This document shows, one piece after another, positions 1 through 10,221 of a stretch of DNA of 64,000 nucleotides. This DNA is from an uncultured Psychroserpens sp. (GTDB taxonomy: Bacteria > Bacteroidota > Bacteroidia > Flavobacteriales > Flavobacteriaceae): positions 24,928 through 88,927 of the forward strand of contig CANKZZ010000007.1 in the NCBI GenBank assembly GCA_947488655.1, in the 5' to 3' direction. Within the stretch, counting starts at the first letter, position 1, and each line of letters begins with the position of its first letter. Made by a program: the position numbers and the translations under genes. The notes beneath the pieces were generated by a model. That model was not told the origin of the DNA, searched no databases, and saw only the letters and a program-made list of their open reading frames with translations.

Positions 1-624
1 AACAACATTGGTGGTGTTTATGAGCATTACAAGGCTGCAGATCAAGCAGGAGCTGTTTATACAGCTGTACCTAAAGCAAAGCAAAAAGAAGCAATGCAAT
101 TTATCCAAGACAACTTATTTACAACTCAAGATTGGTTAATAAATAAAGATATTTTTGACCGTATTGAATTTACTGGATCTGTTGAGCGCGTTCGTGCAAT
201 TCAATCTAGAACTTTAAGAAACATAATAAGTTTAGGTAAAATGCAACGTTTAACCGAAGCGCATACGTATGATAGCAATGCATATTCTTTACCTGAAATG
301 ATGAGTGATCTTCGTAAAGGTATTTGGAGTGAGCTACGTACAGGAAGAAAAATTGACACCTACAGACGTAATTTACAACGCGCTCATATAGACAGATTAG
401 GAGAAATGATGACTGCGGAAAATCAAAGTGGCAGAACATTTAGTCCTTATGTTAAAGCTACTGCTGTAAACACAAGCCAATCTGATATTAGAGCGGTTGT
501 AAGAGCAGAATTAAAATCGTTACGTAGCCAGTTAAGAGCAGCTCGTGGAGGAGATACACTAAGTAGAATGCATATTGCAGATGCTTTAGAACGTATTGAT
601 GCTATCTTAAATCCTAACGGATAA
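1..624 (+). CDS. secreted zinc-dependent metalloprotease, C-terminal part (5' end outside window)
   Basis: Frame 1 is open from nt 1 (NNIGGVYEHYKAADQAG...) into the listed ORF 94..624. The tail resembles the conserved C-terminal region of Bacteroidota DUF5117/DUF4953-type metalloproteases (from memory). A strong terminator follows. Confidence 0.5.
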   Translation, partial: NNIGGVYEHYKAADQAGAVYTAVPKAKQKEAMQFIQDNLFTTQDWLINKDIFDRIEFTGSVERVRAIQSRTLRNIISLGKMQRLTEAHTYDSNAYSLPEMMSDLRKGIWSELRTGRKIDTYRRNLQRAHIDRLGEMMTAENQSGRTFSPYVKATAVNTSQSDIRAVVRAELKSLRSQLRAARGGDTLSRMHIADALERIDAILNPNG

Positions 625-675
625 TAGAGTAAGCTCAATAAACATCTTAGATGTTTAAACATAATTAAAAGAGAG

Positions 676-711
676 AAAAGCTTCAGAGAAATCTGAAGCT
701 TTTCCTTTTTT
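676..711 (+). terminator. rho-independent terminator
   Basis: 12-bp stem AAAAGCTTCAGA/TCTGAAGCTTTT with GAAA loop, followed by CCTTTTTT. Confidence 0.75.
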
Positions 712-742
712 AGTTTTTATCTTTACCCAATATCGTTAAAAC

Positions 743-1345
743 ATGAAAATAACCCATAAAAAATATCTTAATCACAACTTAGCAAATGAAAATGAACGTG
801 GTGAAAACTTAGGTGTTGATTTTATTTTATCTTCTATTTTAGGCATTATTGTAATTACAATTGCATACCTAATTTACCCGACCACTACAATAGATTTTTC
901 ATCATATCTTAAAGCCTTTGGTATTTATTTAGGCGTTAGGTTTGTTTATTATTTTGGATTCGAATTAGCATTTAATAGAACACCTGGCAAATTTCAAACT
1001 CAAACAATAGTAGTAGATAAAGATGGCAACAAGCCAAGTGTTTTACAATTACTTGTGAGAAGTTTGGCTAGATTTATAACCGTTATTTCTGGAATTAGCG
1101 ACGATGAAAGAGCTGTTCATGATCAAATTTCCAATACCTTTGTTGTTTACGACAACAATCTTAAAAAGATAGAATCTCGGCTATATATGATTCTCCTATT
1201 TAATATCTTACTTGGCGTTGGTTGGGTTTACTATTTTACAGAAACCACTTTTAAATCATCTGCAAAGTCTGCATTACTTACTGCCTTAATATTAGCAACT
1301 TTTTATGCCTTTGCTGTCATGTTTAGAAGAATTGGTAAAAAATAG
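743..1345 (+). CDS. RDD-family-like membrane protein
   Basis: ATG start. Has hydrophobic segments, and the motif FELAFNRTPGKF...VVDKDGNKPS...LVRSLARF resembles an RDD domain. Confidence 0.45.
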   Translation: MKITHKKYLNHNLANENERGENLGVDFILSSILGIIVITIAYLIYPTTTIDFSSYLKAFGIYLGVRFVYYFGFELAFNRTPGKFQTQTIVVDKDGNKPSVLQLLVRSLARFITVISGISDDERAVHDQISNTFVVYDNNLKKIESRLYMILLFNILLGVGWVYYFTETTFKSSAKSALLTALILATFYAFAVMFRRIGKK

Positions 1346-1358
1346 TAATTTAGATTAT

Positions 1359-2177
1359 CTACAATATTTTTTCAATTCCTTGTGTGTAATCATCAAAGTC
1401 AATTAAGTTATTATGACTACCACCATCAATAGTAATAAACGTAGTGTGTCTTGGCGCAACTATTTTTAATTTCTCTGCTGAAGAGTAAGGGACAACACCA
1501 TCATTTGTACCATGAAACATTGTAATGGGACAACTAACATTTATAATAAACTCATTTGAAGGAAATGTATATTTTAATAAAGACGTCACAGGAAATATAG
1601 GAAATCTATATTTAGCTACATCTAAAATACTGTAATAAGGTGTTTCTAAAATAAGTTGACTTGGATTGTTTTTTGAAGCCAAATAAGTTGAAATTCCTGT
1701 ACCCAAAGAGCGACCATAAATTGTAATTTCGTTTTCATTATAAGACTTTAACAAATAGTTATAGCAGTATTGCGCATCATCGTAAAATGCTTGCTCACTA
1801 AGCTTGCCTTTACTTTTTCCGTAGGTACGATAATCCATTATAAAAACATCATAGTTTTTGGCTACAAAAAATTCTGAGATTTTACCCCAACGACTCAAAT
1901 CACCAGCGTTTCCGTGAAAATATAATATGACTCCTTTTGGGTTTTTCGTTTTAAAATGTATAGCGTTAATAGATACATCTGCTTGAGGAGTTAAAAATAC
2001 TTCTTCAAACGGAAAATTGAATTCGTATTTATAATCCTGAGACAATTCCGTAGGAAGAAATAATAATTTTTCTTGTAAAAAATATAGAGATGCGCCTATC
2101 ATAACATATAATATTAACAGTACTTTAAATACCTTTTTAAGCCTTTTTTTTAGTCGGTTTTGAGGAGTGGATAACAT
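1359..2177 (-). CDS. alpha/beta hydrolase with N-terminal membrane anchor
   Basis: Has the FHGNAG oxyanion region, the nucleophile elbow GRSLG, and C-terminal HGTNDGVVP...GGSHNN (Asp/His of the triad). Confidence 0.8.
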   Translation of the reverse strand: MLSTPQNRLKKRLKKVFKVLLILYVMIGASLYFLQEKLLFLPTELSQDYKYEFNFPFEEVFLTPQADVSINAIHFKTKNPKGVILYFHGNAGDLSRWGKISEFFVAKNYDVFIMDYRTYGKSKGKLSEQAFYDDAQYCYNYLLKSYNENEITIYGRSLGTGISTYLASKNNPSQLILETPYYSILDVAKYRFPIFPVTSLLKYTFPSNEFIINVSCPITMFHGTNDGVVPYSSAEKLKIVAPRHTTFITIDGGSHNNLIDFDDYTQGIEKIL

Positions 2178-3015
2178 TTATGCTCGTGGTTTGTAAATCT
2201 ATGGTTTTAGGTGTTTTATTTAAAATATCATCTAACATATTGTGATACGATTCAAAATTATTTAGATTTTTGTGTCCGCCTCCAATAACAGTGTGCAGTT
2301 TTGTTAATTTTGGATTTACTTTAGATAATTTAATACTTGTTTTAAAAGGTATTAGTTTATCGTGTGTACCATGAATAATATGAATGGGACATTGCACATA
2401 TTTAAGCCATTTATAAGTTGGTAAAGGATATTTTATGAGCAAAGACAGAGGCATAAATGGTGCGTAACGTGCTGTAACCTTAGTTAAACTGTAATAAGGA
2501 GCATCAAGAATCAACATTTTGGGTTGATTCATTGACGCGAGTTTTGCTGCGAAGCCTGAGCCAAGTGATCTTCCGTAGAGAATAATACGATCTTCTGTTG
2601 TTTGCTCTTTTAGCTTATTATAAACTAATTGCAAATCTCGCTTTATAGCTTTTTGCGAACGTCTGCCTGTACTTTTACCGAAGCCACGATAATCTACCAT
2701 TAACACATTGTAACCGTGTCTTGTAAAATCTACAGCAAACTTGCCCCAACCCTTAATACTTTTAGAGTTTCCTTTAAGATACAAAACGACACCTTTGCTT
2801 TCTCCCTTCGGAAAAAATCGTAACCCATTAATTATGGCACCATCTCTAGTTTCTAGATTATACTCCTTGGTGTTTTGGTTTTCGTAGTTAAACTGAAAAT
2901 CGGCTGGCAACTTTTCTGGCTTAAACAACATATAATCTTGTAAATAATACAATGCAATACTAATTGCGATGTAAATAACAAGAATTGTTATAATGGTAGA
3001 AATCCAATAGGCCAT
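2137..3015 (-). CDS. alpha/beta hydrolase with N-terminal membrane anchor (tandem paralog)
   Basis: Same architecture as the neighbour (LKGNS, GRSLG, HGTHDKLIP, GGGHKN). Its 3' end overlaps the next gene by 41 nt. Confidence 0.8.
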   Translation of the reverse strand: MAYWISTIITILVIYIAISIALYYLQDYMLFKPEKLPADFQFNYENQNTKEYNLETRDGAIINGLRFFPKGESKGVVLYLKGNSKSIKGWGKFAVDFTRHGYNVLMVDYRGFGKSTGRRSQKAIKRDLQLVYNKLKEQTTEDRIILYGRSLGSGFAAKLASMNQPKMLILDAPYYSLTKVTARYAPFMPLSLLIKYPLPTYKWLKYVQCPIHIIHGTHDKLIPFKTSIKLSKVNPKLTKLHTVIGGGHKNLNNFESYHNMLDDILNKTPKTIDLQTTSINVIHSSKPTKKKA

Positions 3016-3052
3016 TGAGAGTAATTTGTTCTAACAAGATATAAAAAATATA

Positions 3053-3748
3053 TTATTGCAAATATTTTAAAAACACATCTGCAAAAGGGTCTTGGTTTAC
3101 AACCGTATAATAGAATAAAGCCCCTAACCAACCATGAAACAAACCTAAAACATACAAGTTTTTAGATTTTAGGTAAATGTACCCATAAAACAATGCTAAT
3201 ATAAAAGTGCCAATTAACAACCAAATAGAAGGGTAATGTACTAATGAAAACAAAGTTGCTGTGATTAAAATGACAATTTCTTTTTTAAGTTTTATCGTTT
3301 TTAGCGTACTTAAATTTCCTGCCACTAGACCAATAGTTAAAAACTGTTGAACTGTTCCCCAAATGGGATACGTAATAAGTAATGGTATAATATGCCATGT
3401 TGGGTTAAGCGTATCTTGAACATACCCAATTACCAAAAATGACACTATTGAGATAATTGCAAAAGGCAATACTAATTTTAAAACAGAAGTAAAATTATCG
3501 TGTCTAAATCCCCAATCTTTTAATATTTGGTTGTCTTTTTTATACCGATATCTTACATACAATGACCATGATAATATGGCAATAATAACAAATGGCAATC
3601 GCCAATTGAGATAATCCATAAATACGAACTTCCCTACTCCTGTTAGCGCTACAGCAAAGATTTCAAGTAATCTCACTTTATCGCTTGCTGGTCTTGTCAA
3701 ATTAAAATTCGAGAAATCTGTTAAGTATTTGGTGAGTTTTTGTTTCAT
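3053..3748 (-). CDS. CPBP family intramembrane glutamic endopeptidase (CAAX protease/bacteriocin-processing family)
   Basis: Multi-TM protein with the late motifs SLVHYP and FHGWLGALFY, typical of the CPBP/Abi family. Confidence 0.7.
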   Translation of the reverse strand: MKQKLTKYLTDFSNFNLTRPASDKVRLLEIFAVALTGVGKFVFMDYLNWRLPFVIIAILSWSLYVRYRYKKDNQILKDWGFRHDNFTSVLKLVLPFAIISIVSFLVIGYVQDTLNPTWHIIPLLITYPIWGTVQQFLTIGLVAGNLSTLKTIKLKKEIVILITATLFSLVHYPSIWLLIGTFILALFYGYIYLKSKNLYVLGLFHGWLGALFYYTVVNQDPFADVFLKYLQ

Positions 3749-3760
3749 ATTGGTACAGAT

Positions 3761-4096
3761 TTAATTTACTATGATTACCCAAGAAGTTATAATAAAATAT
3801 GCACTAATTAAAATAGCTGTTAAGATGAGATATGATTTACAAAAGCTTAATTTCTTTTTACGTTTTGCATAATAATAAAATATATACATTATACTTAGAA
3901 GGATTAGTAATACCGTTGTAAAGATGCTTAGGATTGTTAACCAAGAAAAACTTTCAAAAAAATCCATACAACAAAGCCATGTAAACAATACACTTAATAC
4001 AAATATGTCATAAGCCAAAAGACACGTAATTACTAATGACACTAAAAAGTGCGTTATGTTTAATTTAGATTGCCAAACTTGTATAAAATAATTCAT
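3761..4096 (-). CDS. hypothetical small membrane protein (3-4 TM)
   Basis: ATG start, almost entirely hydrophobic. I recognise no family. Confidence 0.45.
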   Translation of the reverse strand: MNYFIQVWQSKLNITHFLVSLVITCLLAYDIFVLSVLFTWLCCMDFFESFSWLTILSIFTTVLLILLSIMYIFYYYAKRKKKLSFCKSYLILTAILISAYFIITSWVIIVN

Positions 4097-4110
4097 ATTA
4101 ATTATGGTTT

Positions 4111-4145
4111 AAAACCTTTCGGGCTTTTCACACCCGAAAGGTTTT
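4111..4145 (-). terminator. hairpin terminator (potentially bidirectional)
   Basis: 13-bp stem AAAACCTTTCGGG/CCCGAAAGGTTTT with a 9-nt loop, flanked by A/T runs. It lies directly 3' of the 160-aa gene. Confidence 0.65.
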
Positions 4146-4167
4146 TGGGTTACTAACTAACCAATCA

Positions 4168-4650
4168 TCAAAATAAAAAAATCATGTAGACAATTATACC
4201 TTCGGCAATTCCTGTGATAATACTCATACCAAGAATGTCTTTAATTTTACTTCTTAAAAAGAATACAATACTTAAAATAGCCATTATTGCTGCCAATAGG
4301 ATTTCTAGAGCATCTATTTTTGATAGTAAAAAAGTAATTCCTGTAAATGCAGCAGTAATCCCGACTGTGATTAAACAAAATTTAATAATCTCATCTTTAG
4401 AGTAATTACCTTCTTTAAATCCCTTCCTTAAATCTCTTAGAATAGATAAAATAAAAAGTAATGGCACAACAGATAGAAATGGAGCAAAAATGACTTTAAT
4501 GCCTTTTACAATAGTTAAATCATAGTAAAAGAAAAACGCAATAGCTGTAAACGCTAATAAACCGGTTACGATTATAGATTGAAATGTAAATAACAATTCT
4601 CTTTTATTTGAATTACTTCTCGGTTTTGGTGGTTGAATAATTGGATTCAT
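4168..4650 (-). CDS. hypothetical membrane protein (4-5 TM)
   Basis: ATG start and hydrophobic profile. It has a weak paralogous stretch to the 155-aa neighbour (about 9/29 identities around ..K....IxA..L..P.LF). Confidence 0.5.
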   Translation of the reverse strand: MNPIIQPPKPRSNSNKRELLFTFQSIIVTGLLAFTAIAFFFYYDLTIVKGIKVIFAPFLSVVPLLFILSILRDLRKGFKEGNYSKDEIIKFCLITVGITAAFTGITFLLSKIDALEILLAAIMAILSIVFFLRSKIKDILGMSIITGIAEGIIVYMIFLF

Positions 4651-4692
4651 AATTTTAAATTTTTGATGATTATATTTTAATTTCTTATTGTA

Positions 4693-5160
4693 TTAAGCAG
4701 TTAGAAAAAACACATGAATAGCTAATGAGAGTAGAACACCACTTAAAATACCATTGACTCTCAAATTATTATACAAAATATAATTAAGCACATAACTACT
4801 TATGGTTGTGGAGTTAATAAGGTGTGCAAAAACAAGATGGTCTTCTAGTTTTTGACCACTTATCCACTCTATAAGTTGCATACTTACCACACCAATAACA
4901 ACACTCACAATGAGCAAAATTGTTGCTGGTCTTTGATGTTTAAGTTTGTATGCATCTGTATTTTGTGGTAAAAAATGTTCTATTAAAAGAAAACGCACAA
5001 AAAACAACATTGGCAATGGGAATAAGATGGATGCTATAATTTTAACTACATCTTTTAATGTTTTGATTTCGTCATATCCCAAAAACACCAAATAGACAAA
5101 TACAATTACAGACACTCCTGTAGTAGCTATAAATGCAGTATTTAATTTTTTAAGCTGCAT
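4693..5160 (-). CDS. hypothetical membrane protein (4 TM)
   Basis: ATG start and hydrophobic profile. It starts 1 nt after the stop of the unlisted small ORF 5162..5320. Confidence 0.5.
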   Translation of the reverse strand: MQLKKLNTAFIATTGVSVIVFVYLVFLGYDEIKTLKDVVKIIASILFPLPMLFFVRFLLIEHFLPQNTDAYKLKHQRPATILLIVSVVIGVVSMQLIEWISGQKLEDHLVFAHLINSTTISSYVLNYILYNNLRVNGILSGVLLSLAIHVFFLTA

Positions 5161-5161
5161 T

Positions 5162-5320
5162 TTAAAAACCTAATGGGTTCGTATTAGTCATTGTTAAACT
5201 CGCCAATTGCTCAACACTATTATTATAGCGTTCTACAATTTCATTTTGTATTTGTTTTGAAAACACAACCAGTGCGCTCATAACTATAATAAAACTGGTA
5301 ATTTTTATACACATTTTCAT
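5162..5320 (-). CDS. unlisted 52-aa ORF: MKMCIKITSFIIVMSALVVFSKQIQNEIVERYNNSVEQLASLTMTNTNPLGF
   Basis: Translated by hand from the reverse strand. ATG at 5320..5318 and TAA at 5164..5162. It has an N-terminal hydrophobic segment. Only 1 nt separates its stop from the ATG of the next gene, which suggests translational coupling. Confidence 0.35.
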   Translation of the reverse strand: MKMCIKITSFIIVMSALVVFSKQIQNEIVERYNNSVEQLASLTMTNTNPLGF

Positions 5321-5392
5321 ACTAAACTGTTTTGTTGATTACGAGACAAATATGCGATAGATCTCAAAGCCATGAAACACAGTTTTTTATAA

Positions 5393-5470
5393 AAACTGAC
5401 GATTAGATATATTACAAGACCTTATTTTATACTATATTTAATAACTCAAATAGATTTAAACTGACGATTA
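5393..5470. promoter_or_regulatory. two exact 13-nt direct repeats AAACTGACGATTA in a divergent promoter region
   Basis: Copies lie at 5393..5405 and 5458..5470, 65 nt apart, inside the 193-nt AT-rich spacer between the divergent genes 5320(-) and 5514(+). Confidence 0.35.
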
Positions 5471-5513
5471 ATTAACCTCCAAAAACAAGTTTCCGTCAAA
5501 ACAAAAAACAAAC

Positions 5514-7025
5514 ATGACAGACTTAAATGCTATAGTATCTACTTTTTCTTCGGAAGATGAGCAACGTTTTATAAATTATCTAGAAAAAAAGAATAAACGA
5601 AACGACACAAAAAATATTGAGCTATTTAAACTCTTAGTAGAAAACGAACTTTCTTCTAATGATATATGCAAAACCCTTTATAAAAAAGACAACAAAGTTG
5701 CCTACCACGCATTAAGAAAAAGATTGTATCAATCTCTTATAGATTTTATAGCAAACTTAAATCTCGAAGAGGAGAACTCTGTAGATATGCAAATTATCAA
5801 ATACATTTTAGCATCACGTACATTTCTCATTCATAAAAAGCCAGATATAGCTTATAAAATTCTTGATAAGGCTGAAGCTTTAGCACAAGAACATTTCTTG
5901 TTTCCAATACTTAATGAAATTTATCATACAAAAATTCAATATGCTTACATGAATCCTTCGGTAGATATTGATGTGTTGATTTCCAATTTCCGAAGTAATC
6001 AAAAACAACATTTTTTAGAAGAAGAGCTTAATATGGTTTATGCAAAAATTAGGCAAACCTTAAATGACATGACTTACAAGGGGAAAGTTTTAGATTTTAA
6101 CACCATACTTAGTAATACTTTAAAAGACTATAATATTGATGTATCTGAGTCTTTATCGTTTAAATCTTTATACCAGCTTGTAAGTATCGTAAGTTTATCT
6201 GCCCTTGCTACCAATGATTACTTAAAAATAGAACCCTTTTTAATTGATACGTATCAAAAAATTAAAAATCATAAAAACAAATACAAGCAATTAGCATTTC
6301 ATATTAAGGTGGTTTATATGATTGCCAACACGCTTTTTAGAAATAAAAAGTTTGAAGCCTCTTTAGAGTACTTAGAAATTATGAATGTCTTAATGCAAGA
6401 GCAGCGAAAAAAATACCACTCAACCTTTAAACTTAAATATGCATTATTAATTGCTCTTAATTACAATTACATAAATAAACAGGATGAGGCAATTTCTATT
6501 TTAGAATCTGTTAAACAAAGTAAACATACAGATATAGAATCTTTATTAGATATCCATTTAGGGCTAGTTATGTGCTACATGCAAAAATCTGATTTTAAAA
6601 GTGCAAAAACTATCTTCTCTAAGTTTTATCATACAGATAAGTATTATATTGAAAAAGCTGGAAAAGAATGGGTCATTAAAAAAAACTTAGCCGAAATTAT
6701 CCTTTTTATAGAACTAGGAGAGCTAGACTTAACCGAGTCTAGACTTAAGAGTTTTAAACGCTCTTATTTTGGATACTTAAAACAAATTAACCAAGAGCGC
6801 GTCATTACATTTATCAAAATTATTGAGTCTTTCTACAAAAACCCAAACCAAGTTAGGTCACCAAAGTTTGCAGAAAAAATAGAACATTCATTCACTTGGG
6901 TTAATGAGCAGCAAGAAGATATTTTTGTCATGAGTTTCTACGCATGGCTAAAAAGTAAGATGGAAAATACATCTCTTTATGAAAGCACATTAACTCTAGT
7001 TAAAAGAGCTCAAAATGTTAATTAG
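5514..7025 (+). CDS. hypothetical helical-repeat (TPR-like) protein
   Basis: 503-aa ORF with ATG start and no signal peptide. It looks all-helical and repeat-like. I recognise no specific family. Confidence 0.55.
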   Translation: MTDLNAIVSTFSSEDEQRFINYLEKKNKRNDTKNIELFKLLVENELSSNDICKTLYKKDNKVAYHALRKRLYQSLIDFIANLNLEEENSVDMQIIKYILASRTFLIHKKPDIAYKILDKAEALAQEHFLFPILNEIYHTKIQYAYMNPSVDIDVLISNFRSNQKQHFLEEELNMVYAKIRQTLNDMTYKGKVLDFNTILSNTLKDYNIDVSESLSFKSLYQLVSIVSLSALATNDYLKIEPFLIDTYQKIKNHKNKYKQLAFHIKVVYMIANTLFRNKKFEASLEYLEIMNVLMQEQRKKYHSTFKLKYALLIALNYNYINKQDEAISILESVKQSKHTDIESLLDIHLGLVMCYMQKSDFKSAKTIFSKFYHTDKYYIEKAGKEWVIKKNLAEIILFIELGELDLTESRLKSFKRSYFGYLKQINQERVITFIKIIESFYKNPNQVRSPKFAEKIEHSFTWVNEQQEDIFVMSFYAWLKSKMENTSLYESTLTLVKRAQNVN

Positions 7026-7123
7026 AGGTTAAAATCAAAACCTCCTTTAAACTTATTTAATGTTTTCTAGTCAAAGAAGTAATCGATTAAAAAACATATT
7101 AATAATTTAAAGTAAAACACATT

Positions 7124-7579
7124 ATGAAAAAATTAATTTTAATAGCAATTGCTTTTATTTCTTTACAAGCAGTCGCGCAGGATAAAAAAAGAGGTGACAG
7201 AGGAGAAAGAGGTGATAGAGAGATGATGAAAAATCTATCTGCTGAAGAAATCGCAACTATTGGCTCTAAAAAAATGACTCTTGCATTAGACTTAAACGCT
7301 AAACAACAAACTCAAGTAAAAACAGTTTTACTGGAGGAAGCTACATCTCGAAAAGAGAAAATGGCAGCACGTAAAGAAGCGAACAAGAATGATGACGCTA
7401 AAAAGCCTACAAAAGAAGAGCGTGTTAAAATGATGAATGCTAAATTGGATGAGCAAATTGCAATGAAGCAAAAAATGAAATCTATTTTAACTGCCGAGCA
7501 ATTTGAGAAATGGACTAAAATGCAAGCTAAGCGTAAGCATAAGTCAAAAGGTAAAAAAGGACGAAAAGGAAACAAATAA
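7124..7579 (+). CDS. periplasmic Spy/CpxP-like (LTXXQ motif) protein
   Basis: Has a signal peptide, a charged helical body, the motif LTAEQFEKW and a basic tail. Confidence 0.55.
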   Translation: MKKLILIAIAFISLQAVAQDKKRGDRGERGDREMMKNLSAEEIATIGSKKMTLALDLNAKQQTQVKTVLLEEATSRKEKMAARKEANKNDDAKKPTKEERVKMMNAKLDEQIAMKQKMKSILTAEQFEKWTKMQAKRKHKSKGKKGRKGNK

Positions 7580-7618
7580 ACTATTGTTTGAGATTGGTTT
7601 GAGATAGTTTTTGTTAAT

Positions 7619-7651
7619 AAGCATCGATTTTTATAGTCGATGCTTTTTTTT
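7619..7651 (+). terminator. rho-independent terminator
   Basis: Stem AAGCATCGA/TCGATGCTT followed by T8. Confidence 0.75.
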
Positions 7652-7704
7652 ATGACAAAAATCATTAATTTTATAACTTATAGAATTTTTTAGATTAAAC
7701 AACT

Positions 7705-8040
7705 ATGAAAAAAATAATTACACTTTGCATATTTGCTATTGCATTATTATTTAGCACCCAAAATATGACAGCGCAAAACACATTAGAAATTAATGCTGCT
7801 GCAAATACTAAAACCAAAGAGTTAAGAAAGATCGTCAAGTTTGATGAAACCAAAATGGATGACGTTTACCGAGTTTATCAAAATTATGGTATTGCTTACA
7901 AAAAAATAAGTAGTAATCTTGATGGTAACGCTGAGCGCTTAAAAAAAATTGATACTTATTTAGACAGTGAACTAGAAAAAATTCTTACTGAAGAGCAATA
8001 TATTACATATCTAAAATATTTTAGAGATACAGGTAGATAA
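7705..8040 (+). CDS. small secreted helical protein (LTXXQ-like motif LTEEQYITYLK)
   Basis: Has a signal peptide ending in AQ, and similar motif logic to 7124..7579 and 20863..21234. Confidence 0.5.
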   Translation: MKKIITLCIFAIALLFSTQNMTAQNTLEINAAANTKTKELRKIVKFDETKMDDVYRVYQNYGIAYKKISSNLDGNAERLKKIDTYLDSELEKILTEEQYITYLKYFRDTGR

Positions 8041-8061
8041 TACGAGTAACAACTTAAAAAG

Positions 8062-8096
8062 AAAGCGACAATTATGACAATTGTCGCTTTTTTTTT
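8062..8096. terminator. bidirectional hairpin terminator
   Basis: Stem AAAGCGACAATT/AATTGTCGCTTT flanked by A and T runs. It lies between the convergent genes 7705..8040(+) and hemL(-). Confidence 0.75.
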
Positions 8097-8130
8097 AAAC
8101 TATAAATTATAAGAATTCTAGATAAGTAAT

Positions 8131-9417
8131 CTATAAAGTTTGAGCCACCTTCTCAACCGCACTTATAGTTTCATCTAAATCCTCATACGTAAGTGCATCT
8201 GTAATAAACCAAGTCTCAAATGCACTTGGAGCAATATATATACCCTCGTTAAGCATACCATGAAAAAACGCTTTAAATGTATCATTATTCCCTTTGGCAG
8301 CACTCTCAAAATCGACCACTTGCTCTTCAGAAAAATGAATAGAAATCATAGATCCTTTTCTATTAATTGTATGAGTAATATTGTGCTTATTTAAGGCTGC
8401 AGCGCATCCTTTATGTAAATATTCGGTTTTCTCATCTAGCCTTTTAAATAAATCTTTATCATTATTAATAGCTGTTAACATTGCTAAACCTGCTGCCATA
8501 GCTAATGGGTTACCACTTAACGTACCTGCTTGATACACGTTACCCAAAGGCGCCAAATGATTCATGATTTCATTACGTGCTGCAAATGCACCAACTGGCA
8601 ATCCGCCACCTATGACTTTACCAAAACATACAATATCAGCATCAATTGCATAAAGCTCTTGCGCTCCTCCTTTTGCCAGTCTAAAACCGGTCATTACCTC
8701 ATCAAAAACAAGTAAAATTTCATGTTCGTCACAAAGATCTCTTAACTGTTGTAAGAAAACAGCCTTTGGAGGTATACAACCCATATTACCTGCAACTGGC
8801 TCTATAATTATACAAGCTATCTCGTTTTTGTTAGCTTCTATTAAAGTTTTCACATTGTCGATATTATTGTAAATAGCAAGTAGAGTATCTTTTGCTGTAC
8901 CAGAAGTAACACCAGGACTATTAGGGCTACCAAATGTGACAGCTCCACTTCCTGCTTGTATTAAAAAAGCATCACTATGGCCATGATAACAACCAGCAAA
9001 TTTTATAATTTTATCTTTACCTGTATAGCCTCTGGCTAATCTAACAGCGCTCATACAAGCTTCTGTACCTGAGTTTACAAATCTAATTTTATCAATATTA
9101 GACACCATAGAAACCGCCAATTCGGCAATTTTGGTCTCGATTTCGGTTGGCATCCCAAAGGAAGTTCCATTTTTTGCTTTCTCGATGACCGCTTTTACAA
9201 CTGGTTCATAAGCATGACCCAACAACATTGGTCCCCAAGAATTTATATAATCTATATAACGGTTATCGTCTTCATCATAGACATAGGCACCTTTTGCCGA
9301 TTTTGCAAAAATAGGCGTTCCGCCTACTGCCTTAAAAGCTCTCACTGGTGAATTAACACCTCCAGGAATAACGTTTTCGGCATCTTTAAATAACGCACTA
9401 CTACGTTGATATAACAT
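8131..9417 (-). CDS. hemL: glutamate-1-semialdehyde 2,1-aminomutase
   Basis: The N-terminus ...[13 protein letters not shown]..., the class-III aminotransferase body and the 428-aa length are typical of HemL. Confidence 0.95.
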   Translation of the reverse strand: MLYQRSSALFKDAENVIPGGVNSPVRAFKAVGGTPIFAKSAKGAYVYDEDDNRYIDYINSWGPMLLGHAYEPVVKAVIEKAKNGTSFGMPTEIETKIAELAVSMVSNIDKIRFVNSGTEACMSAVRLARGYTGKDKIIKFAGCYHGHSDAFLIQAGSGAVTFGSPNSPGVTSGTAKDTLLAIYNNIDNVKTLIEANKNEIACIIIEPVAGNMGCIPPKAVFLQQLRDLCDEHEILLVFDEVMTGFRLAKGGAQELYAIDADIVCFGKVIGGGLPVGAFAARNEIMNHLAPLGNVYQAGTLSGNPLAMAAGLAMLTAINNDKDLFKRLDEKTEYLHKGCAAALNKHNITHTINRKGSMISIHFSEEQVVDFESAAKGNNDTFKAFFHGMLNEGIYIAPSAFETWFITDALTYEDLDETISAVEKVAQTL

Positions 9418-9418
9418 A

Positions 9419-10216
9419 TTAATTTGATTTAATTACAAGAAGTTGACCTAGTGAAATATCATTAGATTCTAAGCGATTTAATCGCTTAAGCTCATCAACT
9501 GTTGTATTATATTTTTTAGATAATGAATATAAGGTATCACCCTTTATTACAATATGATTTATTTCTATATTCTCTATAGTTGATTTGTTTCCTAAAACCA
9601 TATCATCATAAGTATAGAGCCTATAACGCTCTATTAAACTAATAAGTTTTTCAGGATATCTTCTATCTGTTGCATAACCTGCTGCTCTTAATCCTTTTGC
9701 CCAACCCTTATAATCATTTGGTCTTAATTTAAAGAGTTTTGCATATCTACTTCTTCCAGTTAAAAACTCTGAGTGGTCTTCAAACGAAGAATTAGCGTGG
9801 TCATATTTTCTAAAACATTCTTGCGACGCATCATCATCATGATAGATTTTTTTACCTGTCCAACCATGGCATTTAATTCCAAAATGATTATTGGCCTCAA
9901 CAGATAAACGTCCTTTACCAGAGCCAGACTCCAAAATACCTTGTGCTAATGTAATACTTGCAGGAATTTTAGATTTTCGCATTTCATCCATAGCAATAGC
10001 ATTATATTTTAAAATATAAATGTCTACTGCACTTAAATTAGATGTATCTATTTTTGGAGTTTCATTTGTGTTGTTGGTATTTGGTGATGTATCTGGTTTC
10101 GCAACTACCTGTTCTGTCTTAGGAGTTCTCTTATCTTTTTTTGTCACCACTTTCTTCTTAGAACTACAACTAAAGGCTAAGAAGCTCACCAATAAAAACA
10201 CAATAATTTTCTTCAT
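9419..10216 (-). CDS. lipoprotein with glucosaminidase (GH73) domain and C-terminal LysM
   Basis: Lipobox LAFSC. Has [16 protein letters not shown]...NNHFGIK (GH73) and [26 protein letters not shown] (LysM). Confidence 0.85.
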   Translation of the reverse strand: MKKIIVFLLVSFLAFSCSSKKKVVTKKDKRTPKTEQVVAKPDTSPNTNNTNETPKIDTSNLSAVDIYILKYNAIAMDEMRKSKIPASITLAQGILESGSGKGRLSVEANNHFGIKCHGWTGKKIYHDDDASQECFRKYDHANSSFEDHSEFLTGRSRYAKLFKLRPNDYKGWAKGLRAAGYATDRRYPEKLISLIERYRLYTYDDMVLGNKSTIENIEINHIVIKGDTLYSLSKKYNTTVDELKRLNRLESNDISLGQLLVIKSN

Positions 10217-10221
10217 AAATT

